A DNA stretch of 63,008 nucleotides, counting the filler, from Aduncisulcus paluster (lineage: Eukaryota): assembly GCA_024181965.1 (NCBI GenBank). It is 15 parts of 15 records of this genome, joined end to end, with 100 filler letters (N's around TTAATTAATTAA, not from the genome) between each part and the next. Parts side by side here need not be neighbours in the genome. Positions count along the whole stretch, not along the records: positions 1 to 1,228 come from BQXS01009636.1; positions 1,329 to 2,380 come from BQXS01009641.1; positions 2,481 to 4,381 come from BQXS01009645.1; positions 4,482 to 6,591 come from BQXS01009647.1; positions 6,692 to 7,709 come from BQXS01009653.1; positions 7,810 to 9,034 come from BQXS01009658.1; positions 9,135 to 16,018 come from BQXS01009659.1; 8 more parts are not named here. The stretch is one strand, 5' to 3'. The position numbers and the translations under genes were made by a program. The notes beneath the pieces are model-generated. The model was not told where the DNA came from. It worked only from the letters and a program-made list of their open reading frames with translations, and made no database searches. This document shows, piece by piece, positions 1 to 11,689 of the stretch. Every line of letters begins with the position of its first letter. Positions within the stretch are counted from its first letter, which is position 1.

Positions 1-1
1 A

Positions 2-736
2 CTAAAGAAGCTCTTGGATCAGAAGTTTGGATCAACATCAACTCAAGCCTTCTTTGACGAGCTAGATAAACTGTCTCTTTCGGTATTAGATCAATCAAAA
101 CTGATTTATTACATCGCCAGGTTTAAGGAGACTGTTCAACTGAATCCGGACTTTGGTGACGGCGAATCCCTTGTGAAACGTTTTATTGCGGGGATAAAGA
201 TTCCCAGATTGGCCGATCGCGTCTCTTCTGAGGCCAAAACTGCCGGGAAGAAGGATGATTTGACGTTCGTAATGAAACAGGCCTTAACTGAGATTGACGA
301 CATGATTGCGATCAGGGACGAGGTTAAGGCCCACCCTGAATCGTTTGGTATTAGAAGTGGACCTGAGTTGGGGAAGAGAAGGAGTTTACACTCGAAGGAT
401 GGTCACCAGAACAAGCGTAGCCCAATTAGATGTTTTAATTGTGGCAAGATTGGACATAAGGCCGCAGAATGCTGGTCAAAGCCCAAGCCAGACACGAAAA
501 GTCATGTAAAGGCAACTGTGGACCCTTCTTCGTCTAGTAAACGCCCCTATAAGTATTTGTCCATTATTTTAACCAATAACAAGGAATTTGAGGCCAAGGC
601 GTTGTTAGACACAGGAGCTAACGTAAATATTATAAGTGAAAGGGTTGTTTTTAAATTAAAACAGTTATTTCCGATGCTTTTTATTCGCAATTCCCAGCAG
701 ATGGTTTTCCTGGCTGATGGAACGAAAAGGCAATAA
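2..736 (+). mobile_element. Ty3/gypsy LTR retrotransposon Gag (CCHC knuckle) plus N-terminal half of aspartic protease, 5' partial
   Basis: CFNCGKIGHKAAEC zinc knuckle followed by ALLDTGANVNII retropepsin active site. Confidence 0.9.
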
Positions 737-1228
737 TTGGTGAGCTAGATTTAGCTTGCAGAACAATTAGCTTTGTCGGAAAGCCATTAATATTCCAAGA
801 AAAGTTCTTCGTGATGGAAATGGCGGAAGATTGCGTGTACCCAATCATTTTGGGGAATGAGACATGCAATGAATTGAATTTATTGGAAGAACCAATTGTT
901 CCAATGATTGAGGAGGAAGATGGCCCAGATATTCCGGGTGATACAGAATTGTATGATCCCGGACATCTTTTGTGTGAGAATGGGTCCATGAAGGAAAAAA
1001 TAGACCCCTTATTAAGGTGGTACGAAGAAAACGACGACCCAAATGAGGTTGCGAAGGTGGAACCATTGAGGATAGAGCTTGAACAAGGAGAATCTCCGAT
1101 TGCACAGCCACCTCGAAATTTCCCGGAGAAGAAGTCTCAATTTATTCGAAATACCGTAGCAGACTTGCTTGAAAAAGGTATTGTGAAGTGGTCAAGGAGT
1201 CCCTGGGCATCACCGGTGATGGTAGCCC
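718..1228 (+). mobile_element. Ty3/gypsy Pol: C-terminal half of protease and start of reverse transcriptase, 3' partial, in the -1 frame relative to gag
   Basis: Frame is open from 718 (NEKAIIGELDL...YPIILG). It continues into LLEKGIVKWSRSPWASPVMVA, a typical gypsy RT N-terminus. Confidence 0.88.
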
Positions 1229-1509
1229 NNNNNNNNNNNNNNNNNNNNNNNNNNNNNNNNNNNNNNNNNNNNTTAATTAATTAANNNNNNNNNNNNNNNN
1301 NNNNNNNNNNNNNNNNNNNNNNNNNNNNTCTGGCACTGCATTTTAACTAGTGAGTGAAAATAAAAAAAAAATTGATAGAATCAAGTTTCTCAAGTTGAAG
1401 CGTCCTGCACACAGAAAAAATTAACTGACTTAAATAAAATATAAGATTTGGTGGGTGAAATACACTCAAAGAAAAAAATTTCGAGTACACACATCACACC
1501 AGAAATCAT

Positions 1510-2145
1510 GTCACTAAAGAATCAGATCTCAGTAACAAAAGAAAATATAATTAAAAGAAATAAATCACCTTTTGCACTCCCAACAGCTCAAAGAATCGAG
1601 CACAAAGACTCTCTTACTTGTACACTGTGGTTGCAACATCTTGTCGTCTTCAAGAAGGCTTCAAAGCAATACCGCTAGTAAACTAACAGCACCGCTACAG
1701 ATTGATTATAAACAGCCACCAATCCCCGGAGAGAAAGGTAACCAGGAGGACAGTTTCTATTACTATTCAAATGCCGGCCATCAGCAATATAATCATCACC
1801 AATGACCATTGACATAAACGCATAGTGCCCCACGAAGATGGCCCGAAGACCAACCCTATCATTGAGCTACTCTGTCCCGTAACGGCACTTGGTAGAAATC
1901 AAACGGCATAACACATCCGAGGACATGAAACGCACATTCAACCCCCCCAAGGCACAACCAACCCGAAACACGGATATCTCCAGCATGATTTCCGGCTTAG
2001 AGGCGTTCAGCCGTACTTCAAATCAAGATTCACACGCTGCATCGCGGCACTGTTTGATCAAACAACCGCTTACACAGGAGGTGTGGCGCACCTGTTCCTC
2101 TCGTACTAAAGTGCACTACTGTGTCCGTATTTTGCATCAGTAGGA

Positions 2146-2193
<48 letters not shown>

Positions 2194-2295
2194 TAAATGG
2201 GTGAACAATCCAACGCTTGCAGTATTGTGCTACTGCGGGATAGGAAGAGCCGACATCGAAGAATCAAAAGGCAACGTCGCTGTGAACGCTTGGCT

Positions 2296-2333
<38 letters not shown>

Positions 2334-2380
2334 TCTCAAGCTTAGAAAACCTTTAATCAAAGTCGCTTGAGGTTCGATAG
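1510..2380 (-). rRNA. LSU (28S-type) rRNA, 3' portion, partial
   Basis: The reverse complement carries the peptidyl-transferase region (plus-strand text gtctcacgacggtctaaacccagctcacgttccc and gccagttatccctgtggtaac) and the sarcin-ricin loop AGTACGAGAGGAAC (~2094-2107). 3'-terminal conserved blocks are seen at ~1515-1660. The exact 3' end is approximate. Confidence 0.95.
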
Positions 2381-2481
2381 NNNNNNNNNNNNNNNNNNNN
2401 NNNNNNNNNNNNNNNNNNNNNNNNTTAATTAATTAANNNNNNNNNNNNNNNNNNNNNNNNNNNNNNNNNNNNNNNNNNNNA

Positions 2482-2844
2482 TTCCAAGGTGGATATCCTT
2501 TCGTGAAAGAATCTATTTTACGAGGAATTGCAGATTCCCTTATTTTCCTTAGAAAACTTGTCTCATTGGTGTCGAAGAATACACCTCAACTCACTAAATC
2601 CAGACTTTTCAAGTCCCTTCAGACAATTGAAGGTGGCAAATATATTCCCGTATATTCCTGTCTGAATGAAGTGTTTGTAGGACTAACTGTGCTGGATCTT
2701 GACAAGCGCATGAGTGTGAAGGAAGCTCGTCAGAAGGTCCAATCAATTAAATGCTATTTACCGAAGATTGGGGAAGGTTGTGTATTCTCTAGCACTGATG
2801 ATGTTATTAAATCTCTGGGTAAAACACATAACAAAGCAATTTGA
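2482..2844 (+). CDS. Protein kinase C-lobe end (expanded family), 5' partial, copy 1
   Basis: Near-identical to 3502-3864 and homologous to the C-terminus of the 62173-63008 kinase (CL.EV..G....D...R.SV..AR.KV.SI...LP..GEG). Confidence 0.75.
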   Translation, partial: FQGGYPFVKESILRGIADSLIFLRKLVSLVSKNTPQLTKSRLFKSLQTIEGGKYIPVYSCLNEVFVGLTVLDLDKRMSVKEARQKVQSIKCYLPKIGEGCVFSSTDDVIKSLGKTHNKAI

Positions 2845-3049
2845 GTGAAATGAAAATTGGTTTCTTCGACGATATTATATCACAAATTATTCCATTTTTG
2901 AAAAAGGCAAATCGATTTATCCCATTATTATTATTATAGGACAGTTCCCCTGAACTCAATATTCATAACATTTTAATAATAATAGAGCAATTTGTGATAT
3001 CACATGAAACATGATTAAAATACAACAAGTCGATTCCGATGACATAGTC

Positions 3050-3081
<32 letters not shown>

Positions 3082-3097
3082 ATATTTCTGGACTATT

Positions 3098-3177
3098 CTA
3101 ATCGACAAGTTAAGCAAGCGCGGGCCTTATCAGTACTGAGGTCGGTGACGACTCGGGAAAGTAAGGTACTGTAAGCT
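3098..3177 (+). rRNA. 5S rRNA-derived sequence, 3' two-thirds only (probable pseudogene), copy 1
   Basis: AAGTTAAGC..GGGCC..AGTACT..GGGAA..GGTACTGTAAGC followed by a T-run. Helix V (CCTTAT/GTAAGG) and helix IV (GTCG-GTGA-CGAC) pair correctly. No 5' helix I/II strand is found upstream. Confidence 0.8.
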
Positions 3178-3302
3178 TTTTGTTTTTTTATGTTCATGTT
3201 ATGTTTCAGTTAATTGTATCTTATATTGTATTACATATCTTTTGGACATTCTGTGCCTTACATAACGTATCTTCTTTCCATANNNNNNNNNNNNNNNNNN
3301 NN

Positions 3303-3864
3303 ATCATCATCCTCATCTTACAGAAGTATTTCCAAAGATGAAGAGGATAAAAAACCAAAAGAGGAGGATAAGAAATCAAAAGAAGAGGAAATTCCATTTA
3401 TTTGTCGTAATTTTGTTTTCAATTCCCTTGAGACTTTGACTGAGGGTATTTATTCCCAGGTTAGTGATGGATATTCATTAGGAATGTCAATTTTAACATT
3501 ATTCCAAGGTGGATATCCTTTCGTGAAAGAATCTATTTTACGAGGAATTGCAGATTCCCTTATTTTCCTTAGAAAACTTGTCTCATTGGTGTCGAAGAAT
3601 ACACCTCAACTCACTAAATCCAGACTTTTCAAGTCCCTTCAGACAATTGAAGGTGGCAAATATATTCCCGTATATTCCTGTCTGAATGAAGTGTTTGTAG
3701 GACTAACTGTGCTGGATCTTGACAAGCGCATGAGTGTGAAGGAAGCTCGTCAGAAGGTCCAATCAATTAAATGCTATTTACCGAAGATTGGAGAAGGTTG
3801 TGTATTCTCTAGCACTGATGATGTTATTAAATCTCTGGGTAAAACACATAACAAAGCAATTTGA
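3303..3864 (+). CDS. Protein kinase C-lobe (expanded family), 5' partial, copy 2
   Basis: FNSLE...SDGYSLGMSILTLFQGGYPF corresponds to kinase subdomains VIII-IX. Confidence 0.8.
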
Positions 3865-4068
3865 GTGAAATGAAAATTGGTTTCTTCGACGATATTATAT
3901 CACAAATTATTCCATTTTTGAAAAAGGCAAATCGATTTATCCCATTATTATTATTATAGGACAGTTCCCCTGAACTCAATATTCATAACATTTTAATAAT
4001 AATAGAGCAATTTGTGATATCACATGAAACATGATTAAAATACAACAAGTCGATTCCGATGACATAGT

Positions 4069-4099
<31 letters not shown>

Positions 4100-4111
4100 T
4101 TCTGGACTATT

Positions 4112-4191
4112 CTAATCGACAAGTTAAGCAAGCGCGGGCCTTATCAGTACTGAGGTCGGTGACGACTCGGGAAAGTAAGGTACTGTAAGCT
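4112..4191 (+). rRNA. 5S rRNA-derived sequence, 3' two-thirds only, copy 2
   Basis: Identical to 3098-3177. Confidence 0.8.
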
Positions 4192-5053
4192 TTTTGTTTT
4201 TTTATGTTCATGTTATGTTTCAGTTAATTGTATCTTATATTGTATTACATATCTTTTGGACATTCTGTGCCTTACATAACGTATCTTCTTTCCATATTAT
4301 GCATGTTTTATGATGTTTTACCGATCATTTTGGAGACTATTGTTGGAAAGTTCTCGTATTATATCACTCTTTATGGATGTCNNNNNNNNNNNNNNNNNNN
4401 NNNNNNNNNNNNNNNNNNNNNNNNNTTAATTAATTAANNNNNNNNNNNNNNNNNNNNNNNNNNNNNNNNNNNNNNNNNNNNCAACTCCAACTCCAACTCC
4501 AATGCCAGATCATGATCATCCGATACATTTAATACTGAGCTTTGTGCTATTTCACCCTAGATTGACAATGTGACAATCGTTGAAAGTGATATCGTAGGTT
4601 TTTAAATTGCAGTTGGAATGGGTATGGTTTTCAGTGTTTGGGATAAAGCCTTTCATACATTAATGGTAAAAGAACCACGGTTGTAATCAAATCGATCCTG
4701 ATTATGGTTATGGCGATTCTATTCCACCTGATAACACTCTCATATTTGATGTTGAATTATTAGGAATCAAGAAATAACGCCTGAAAAGAACAAACGAATT
4801 GATTTTATAGGTTTTTAGATATATTTTCTCTTGCTTAGAAATCAAAGTTCTCAAACGGACTCAAAACCCGTTTGTGAATCTCTTTCCGGGACAATACATT
4901 GAATGCATTGCATTAGACTTCCGTTTCCAACTCATAGGCCCTGTGACATAGGGATTTTGTCCAACAATCTAGAATAAAGACCCCGGAAATAAAAACAGGT
5001 ACTTTTTTTTTTTATTCTTCACACAATATTAGCATTTTATACCATTTCTTGAA

Positions 5054-6181
5054 TTATTTCCATGGAAGAAGAGATACTCGTTCAGCTGCAATGGTTTCCT
5101 CGGGCATAGTAAACATAAGGGAGTAGATTTCGAAAATTCGACTGTTCGTCTCATCCCACATTCCTTTCCCTTCAATCTCACACAATACAATATTATCCAA
5201 ATCAATAGGAAGGAAATGCCATTCGAATCTATGTTTAGGTTGTGTGAATTCATACTTCTTGAAGGTCTTCTTGCCATCACAATCAGTGAAGGTGAAGAGA
5301 AGAGTGGGTGAACTGTAATTCTTACGCACACAGATATAGGCACCTTTCATTGGACTAGGTGATGGGAAAGGGATGGAAAGATGGGATAAGCGAACACCAG
5401 ATTCCCCTTTTAACATTTTTTGTGCTTCTGAACTCTGATCATAAAACTTAGATTCCTTACAAAACGCATCATCCTTGCAATTAACCATTGAGAATGAAGG
5501 ATCTACAAGATGTGGATCATCTCGTGGAATGGGAATAGAATCTTCATCTCTACCAAACAGATTGATATTTCCTTCCTTAACAAACTCTGGTTTCACAACT
5601 GGAGCTTCAGACCATAGTTTCTCTCTGGCTTCACGATATTTGAGTTCTTCAGGGGTTTCTTCTCTACTAATGAAAACAAGGGAGGGGATTCTAAAATACT
5701 TTTCATATAGTCCTTTCCCTGTAATCTCACACAGAACAACATCAGGGAGATCAACAGGAAGGAAATACCAACGATCATCATAGGCTCCAAATCCAGGAAA
5801 CTCGTATTTCTTGGATGTTTTATCACCCTTTGAAGATGTGAGAGTGAAGATAAGGTGTGATGGAGGTGAGTCAGAAGGATAATAATTGCTTAGACAGATA
5901 TAAGCACCTTTCATAGGGGAAGATGAGGAGAAAGGAATGGAGATATGGGTATATTGTCCAGCATTGGTCTTACAGTCTCCTTTCATCATATCTTGTGCAT
6001 TAGAACTTTGATCGTACCCATATTTAGCTTCTTCCTCAGTTCCATCTATTGCTTTGATAGTTGGAAACTCTGCACTCTTAATATTGGGGGCATCTCCAGG
6101 AATTGGGCAGCAATCCCATTGTCCCTCAAGAACAACCTCAGGTTCCACAGTTTGAATAACAGCATCTGTGGATGAACTCAT
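5054..6181 (-). CDS. Hypothetical protein with two tandem copies of a ~180-aa beta-rich domain (lineage-expanded family)
   Basis: Both halves contain CPIP/SIPIP..YDQSS.AQ.M.KG..H.SIPF.S.SPMKGAYIC..FT.T...G.KT.KKYEF..W.FLP.DL...VLCEI.GKG. Confidence 0.85.
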   Translation of the reverse strand: MSSSTDAVIQTVEPEVVLEGQWDCCPIPGDAPNIKSAEFPTIKAIDGTEEEAKYGYDQSSNAQDMMKGDCKTNAGQYTHISIPFSSSSPMKGAYICLSNYYPSDSPPSHLIFTLTSSKGDKTSKKYEFPGFGAYDDRWYFLPVDLPDVVLCEITGKGLYEKYFRIPSLVFISREETPEELKYREAREKLWSEAPVVKPEFVKEGNINLFGRDEDSIPIPRDDPHLVDPSFSMVNCKDDAFCKESKFYDQSSEAQKMLKGESGVRLSHLSIPFPSPSPMKGAYICVRKNYSSPTLLFTFTDCDGKKTFKKYEFTQPKHRFEWHFLPIDLDNIVLCEIEGKGMWDETNSRIFEIYSLMFTMPEETIAAERVSLLPWK

Positions 6182-6591
6182 TTGAATTGAGATAGAATTT
6201 CTTATCTAAAAAAATATAAAAACAAGCAGAATAATGAATGAATCCGGTTAAAATATTTCTTAATCTACATTTAATAAAAGATATGGCATATAGTAAACAT
6301 ACAATTTGCTCGTTTGCCAAGAAAAAATGGACCATTGGCGCTCAGCCGCCAAAAGACTGAACAAGCAACCCTTCAATAGATAAGATTGGAAAATTAAAAA
6401 AATACATATAAACGAATTAAATGCTGGTAAATGATAAAAACATGTTTTATTTTCATTTCCATGCCATGGTGTTTATTCTCGATATCTCAGGCTTTTGGAG
6501 AACCCTCAGGACTGGATATAGTTCCATTTCACGTGTTAAGAACATTTATGAACGATTTCAATGCTATTCAATAACATGGATATATTTCCAT
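6150..6591. repeat. Gene start and upstream region shared with 33206-33646
   Basis: Long near-identical match seen directly. Confidence 0.9.
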
Positions 6592-6691
6592 NNNNNNNNN
6601 NNNNNNNNNNNNNNNNNNNNNNNNNNNNNNNNNNNTTAATTAATTAANNNNNNNNNNNNNNNNNNNNNNNNNNNNNNNNNNNNNNNNNNNN

Positions 6692-7709
6692 ATCATGGCT
6701 TCTTTTCAGACGTTTCCATCTTTTCTTCCATTCAGCTTTGGCATATGGCGTCAATTTTATGTTTTTAATCACTTCATCCGTGTCACGACGTTCCCAAAAT
6801 ACTTCATAGACACGTTTCTCTTGTGGCTTCCCTTCTTTATCAAACACATCATCATAGGCTGTACCTCTACCCTCAGCATTACTGGTTGTTATCATACTAT
6901 CAATTATCGCACAATATCTCAACATGGCACTCCGAAGTCTCTCATCATGATCGACTTTAGTGTCCAAACTTCTCACATTCAATTTCACTCCCAAATTCGC
7001 AAGATCATGGCGTCCAATCAACAATGGCAAATCAACTGGCAATACATCAACCAAATAATATTTAATTAAGCAACAATGTGGCGTAAATTTAGCTCTTTTT
7101 CCACAAGTCATTACAACAGTCTTCATTAAAATGGCTTCATGAGCAGTTTCACTTGCTCCACTTACAGTTTTGAAAATCAAAGGTGGCTTCACAGGTTTCA
7201 CAGGATATTCTTCCTGTTGTTTCTCCAAAAATAAATCTTCTCTCCAAATTCTGTCTTTATCCCTTAACCATTCACGAGAAATCAACGAAATGTCAGCTCC
7301 AGTATCCATCACAGCACGAACAGTTTTCTTCAGCTGCCTTGTCACATGAACGGTCACGTTCACGGCACCGGAGTCATCGTGGTTTCTTCCCGCAATCACA
7401 CATACCTTCAAGCCCTCAGAATCCGAAATCTCATCAGGTTCCACCGACCACGCCATTTTCATCGGGTCCAGTTTCTCCAGTTCTTTTGATTTCTTCATCT
7501 TTTCCATCTTATCAATCAAGGCTTGTTGGTTCTTCCTCAATAAACGCACATTCAACTTGGCTTTGGGTTCTGGCTTCGATACACTGCTACTGGCATTTGA
7601 TTTCGATGTCTCTGGTACATTGGCGTCTTTGTTTAACTTCAATGTGGCATTAGTGGCATTCAAATGTTCTTTAGAACTTTCAGAAGATTCCTCTTCATCC
7701 TTTTCTTTA
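6692..7709 (-). mobile_element. Retrotransposon gag-pol fragment with retropepsin domain, partial at both ends
   Basis: AVMDTGADISLIS and LLIGRHDL motifs in an ORF spanning the whole contig. Confidence 0.8.
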
Positions 7710-7809
7710 NNNNNNNNNNNNNNNNNNNNNNNNNNNNNNNNNNNNNNNNNNNNTTAATTAATTAANNNNNNNNNNNNNNNNNNNNNNNNNNNNNNNNNNN
7801 NNNNNNNNN

Positions 7810-8581
7810 TCATCTGTTCCAATACCTGATCCCCCTGTCTCTATGCTCTCCCCAAGACATATTCCCGATGAGTTTATCTTGAAAGCCCTCTTCTCTCTTT
7901 GTCAAAACATTGTCCCGTCACCCCCACCACAACCATCGTTCTTCAGACGTGCAGCCAATCTCTCTCCAGTTGGTCATGCATTCATTGCAAAAAGTTGCCG
8001 AAAAGGTGTTGTTACAGTGTCCTTTCTTTCTGAAGTCGCCCGGCTGGCATCTCAATGTGAGGTTAACACACCTCATTTACATCACTTTCCAACAAGAACC
8101 GATTTAATGGCATGGGAGAGAGAAAAAAACACGGCCTCGTGAAACGTCATTGAGAATTAGAGATGGAGAGAAGTCTTTTGACAGTACAGTGATGCATGTC
8201 GACAAGAATATATCAATTGGGTTCCTAAAAGAACTCCCTCGTGGGGAAGGTAAACATCACTTAAGAATAATAAGACTTGGGTTATGTGTTTATATGGCAT
8301 TGGATTATCGTTATCCAAAAGGATAACAGAAAGGCAGGAAATGAAGGATGTGAGGAGGTATTTTTTACGGGTAGCTGGATCAAACACACCGGTGGATGAG
8401 ATTAAAGATAGAATCCTCAGATTTCTTGTATTATAATATTAAACCCCACCACAGGGCAATGCCAAAAGTCCAAATATTGATTGGCATCATAGGGCGTGGC
8501 GGGATTTATTAAGGTTATGAAACTGATTAATTTATCAACTGATGGTGCGATATATATATATATATATATACTTCACTTCAC
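7810..8581. repeat. Reverse-complement duplicate of 9135-9912 (overlapping or allelic contigs), includes a (TA)n tract
   Basis: Identical ORF translations on opposite strands; the only difference noticed is (TA)n length. Confidence 0.9.
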
Positions 8582-10249
8582 CGCCAAGCTGACACCCAGT
8601 CTGATCATGTTTCATTAGCTCGAACTTCTTCATATACTGGCCATTCTCACCAAGACTCTACTGTCAGACCAAGCTCTTCAAGTGGCCAGATTTCTTCTAC
8701 ATTCCCATCTCAAGCCACATAGAACACCAATGAGACCCCTCTTATTCTTACAGTACGACTCCCAGAGTTCCTTCTTGATCATCCAAGTCCACCGGTGCCG
8801 CAAACATCGACTGAATTACCACTGATGGTCAGTGACTGAGGGTCACACAAAAGGATGGGGCATCTCAGGAAGTAGAACAACCTCCAAGAAAATTATTGTA
8901 TCATCTGTTTATGTTTGGGACAGCAGTATAACTAACAATCAAGGACAAAGACTCCAACACAGCACTATACTATACTTTTCCCAGGCACAAGGGGATTTAT
9001 ACATGAATATAGACATTAATCAATGTTTTATTCANNNNNNNNNNNNNNNNNNNNNNNNNNNNNNNNNNNNNNNNNNNNTTAATTAATTAANNNNNNNNNN
9101 NNNNNNNNNNNNNNNNNNNNNNNNNNNNNNNNNNGTGAAGTGAAGTATATATATATATATATATATATATATCGCACCATCAGTTGATAAATTAATCAGT
9201 TTCATAACCTTAATAAATCCCGCCACGCCCTATGATGCCAATCAATATTTGGACTTTTGGCATTGCCCTGTGGTGGGGTTTAATATTATAATACAAGAAA
9301 TCTGAGGATTCTATCTTTAATCTCATCCACCGGTGTGTTTGATCCAGCTACCCGTAAAAAATACCTCCTCACATCCTTCATTTCCTGCCTTTCTGTTATC
9401 CTTTTGGATAACGATAATCCAATGCCATATAAACACATAACCCAAGTCTTATTATTCTTAAGTGATGTTTACCTTCCCCACGAGGGAGTTCTTTTAGGAA
9501 CCCAATTGATATATTCTTGTCGACATGCATCACTGTACTGTCAAAAGACTTCTCTCCATCTCTAATTCTCAATGACGTTTCACGAGGCCGTGTTTTTTTC
9601 TCTCTCCCATGCCATTAAATCGGTTCTTGTTGGAAAGTGATGTAAATGAGGTGTGTTAACCTCACATTGAGATGCCAGCCGGGCGACTTCAGAAAGAAAG
9701 GACACTGTAACAACACCTTTTCGGCAACTTTTTGCAATGAATGCATGACCAACTGGAGAGAGATTGGCTGCACGTCTGAAGAACGATGGTTGTGGTGGGG
9801 GTGACGGGACAATGTTTTGACAAAGAGAGAAGAGGGCTTTCAAGATAAACTCATCGGGAATATGTCTTGGGGAGAGCATAGAGACAGGGGGATCAGGTAT
9901 TGGAACAGATGACATCGAAGATGATGAAGGTGTAGAGAGAAGGGGGGTGGGAGAGACAAGGTGATCACGGAGGTCAAGGGTACGATGGTTCTCTTATAAA
10001 ATGATATTGTAGTTGTTTTACTTTGACATGTGGGGTTTAATAGTTTAATAGAAAAAGAAAGAAATACAAAAGTGAAGCGATAACCTTCGCGTGAACACAC
10101 TCAATCCCCAGTTGAATGGCGATCATCACAAACAGATGGTAGATGGTTCAACCAGCAAAAGTTTTGACAGTCTAGCCCGTCGAGCTGTCAGTGACACCAA
10201 TAATATGCTTTTTTTCAAGTGAAACATGATTGATAATGTGGTTCATTAC

Positions 10250-10390
10250 GGATGGCAGACCCGCATCGGGAGGCATAATCCTTTTTAAACGTGATTTTTT
10301 CACAGAAAATGAGTTTTCTATCGGTGTAAGAAATGGACAATATGGTGGTAAGAAAATTGGGAGTATTCCGTTTTGTTTGTAGCCTCTCGT
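10250..10390 (-). pseudogene. IS630/Tc1-mariner DDE transposase C-terminal fragment
   Basis: IFLPPYCPFLTPIENSFSVKKSRLK matches the LPPYSPxLNPIExxWxxxK signature. Confidence 0.75.
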
Positions 10391-10391
10391 G

Positions 10392-11430
10392 TCATAACTT
10401 CCCATGAATCTCGGCACGTTTTTTTGCTTCCTCCACTCTCTTGAGATATCTTAAATCATGATGATATGAGCTAAATCCTTCCCAGAGTTGGATTACTCTC
10501 TCATCTCGGACAAGATCACCTTGTCGAAGAGCAACTAGTGGTAGGAATTTTCTGTGGTGGTGACCTTCCCACTTGACTGGTTCCTCTAGAACGTGGGGGA
10601 GTGATAATAGATGAAGCCTACTATTGAATACCCTTGAAGCTGCTTCTGTACTGCCTCTATATTTCCGAAAGAAATGGATAGCGAGACTCAAATAGTATTT
10701 GGAGGTCCCTTTCAACTCCATGTGCAAAAGATCGATCCCGAATTGCTCACATCCTTCACGAATCTGACATTTTTCTGCTTCAATCCATCCTTTTTTTGAT
10801 ACTTTGTTTCCAGTTGACAGGATTCCTGAGCAGAACACACAATTATTGGGGAAACTAGCTGTAAGCCCACTTAATTTCACCCTTTGAGGAGTATCAGCAG
10901 CAAAAGCAAAAACTTTTAGAAATATTTTTACCATCAATGTTCCTGTGTGTATGAGAAAAGGGAATCTTGTTGCATGTCTTATCTGATCTTGCATGATATC
11001 CCAGGCTGCCATTCCATCTTTGTCTTCTGATGAACATAATCCCCAGATCATGATGCTGTCTAGACCAGTTTCCCATAGATCTCTAACGTAAATTCCGCAT
11101 AGATCACTTAAAATTGACGTGGGTTCACGTATAAACTGGAAAGAATCACTCATCGTGTCATGGGTGGGAGTGCCTCAGATGCGATAACTGCAGAAACCAA
11201 CAGACCATTTAACATGGAACAAGGAGTGTGACCTCCAGCTATAGACCCCAGCAAAGGCTGCCCTTTGTGGGGAATTAGTCACTAAATGGTGCAAACCAAG
11301 CTGTATGCGAACTATTTTCCATTATTATTCCGCTCTCAAGTATCTTTGTCTCCTTGATTATAATCTTATCTGCAATCGTAGACTGATAGAAACACCATCG
11401 ACAAGCCAGATCAAAGGAAGCCAAAAATAC
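10392..11430 (-). pseudogene. CACTA/Plavaka-like DNA transposase remnant
   Basis: SDSF..GIYV, FAADTPQR..LSG...CVFC and IDLLHMELKG motifs; an upstream piece (ENSSHTAW) is separated by a stop. Confidence 0.65.
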
Positions 11431-11689
11431 CTAATATCAGAATAATTTGAAAAAAAAAGTTATGTAATTTTAGAAGTTTAGAAATAGATAATAATGTATA
11501 AAATGGGTGTTTGGAGGAGAAAAAGACAATTTTCAATTTCCTGTCTTTTCTTATTTCCTATTCTGAATATTGTATATACGCAGGTTCTATTGTGATAAGC
11601 ATTACCTTTTCCAACTTTGTACTCCCCTTCACCATTGGAAAACATAATCTTACCTTTAATCGTTTCTTTTCATCTGATACCCAATATTC

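Larger units (their letters stand above)
2481..4296 (+). repeat. ~1.02 kb direct duplication (2481-3282 versus 3501-4296)
   Basis: Near-identical copies differing by one substitution (2772/3792) and at the poly-T tract, separated by a 20-N gap. Confidence 0.9.

Noticed and set aside
1229-1328. Recurring N44-TTAATTAATTAA-N44 blocks (14 in the window)
   Set aside because: Artificial contig linkers with stops in all six frames. They are not repeats or CRISPR, and adjacency across them is meaningless.
1448-2143. Short plus-strand ORFs
   Set aside because: They are antisense to the LSU rRNA.
7810-9912. Apparent 770-bp inverted repeat or TIR pair
   Set aside because: The arms lie on different contigs and share flanking sequence beyond the (TA)n tract, so they are overlapping or allelic assemblies of one locus.
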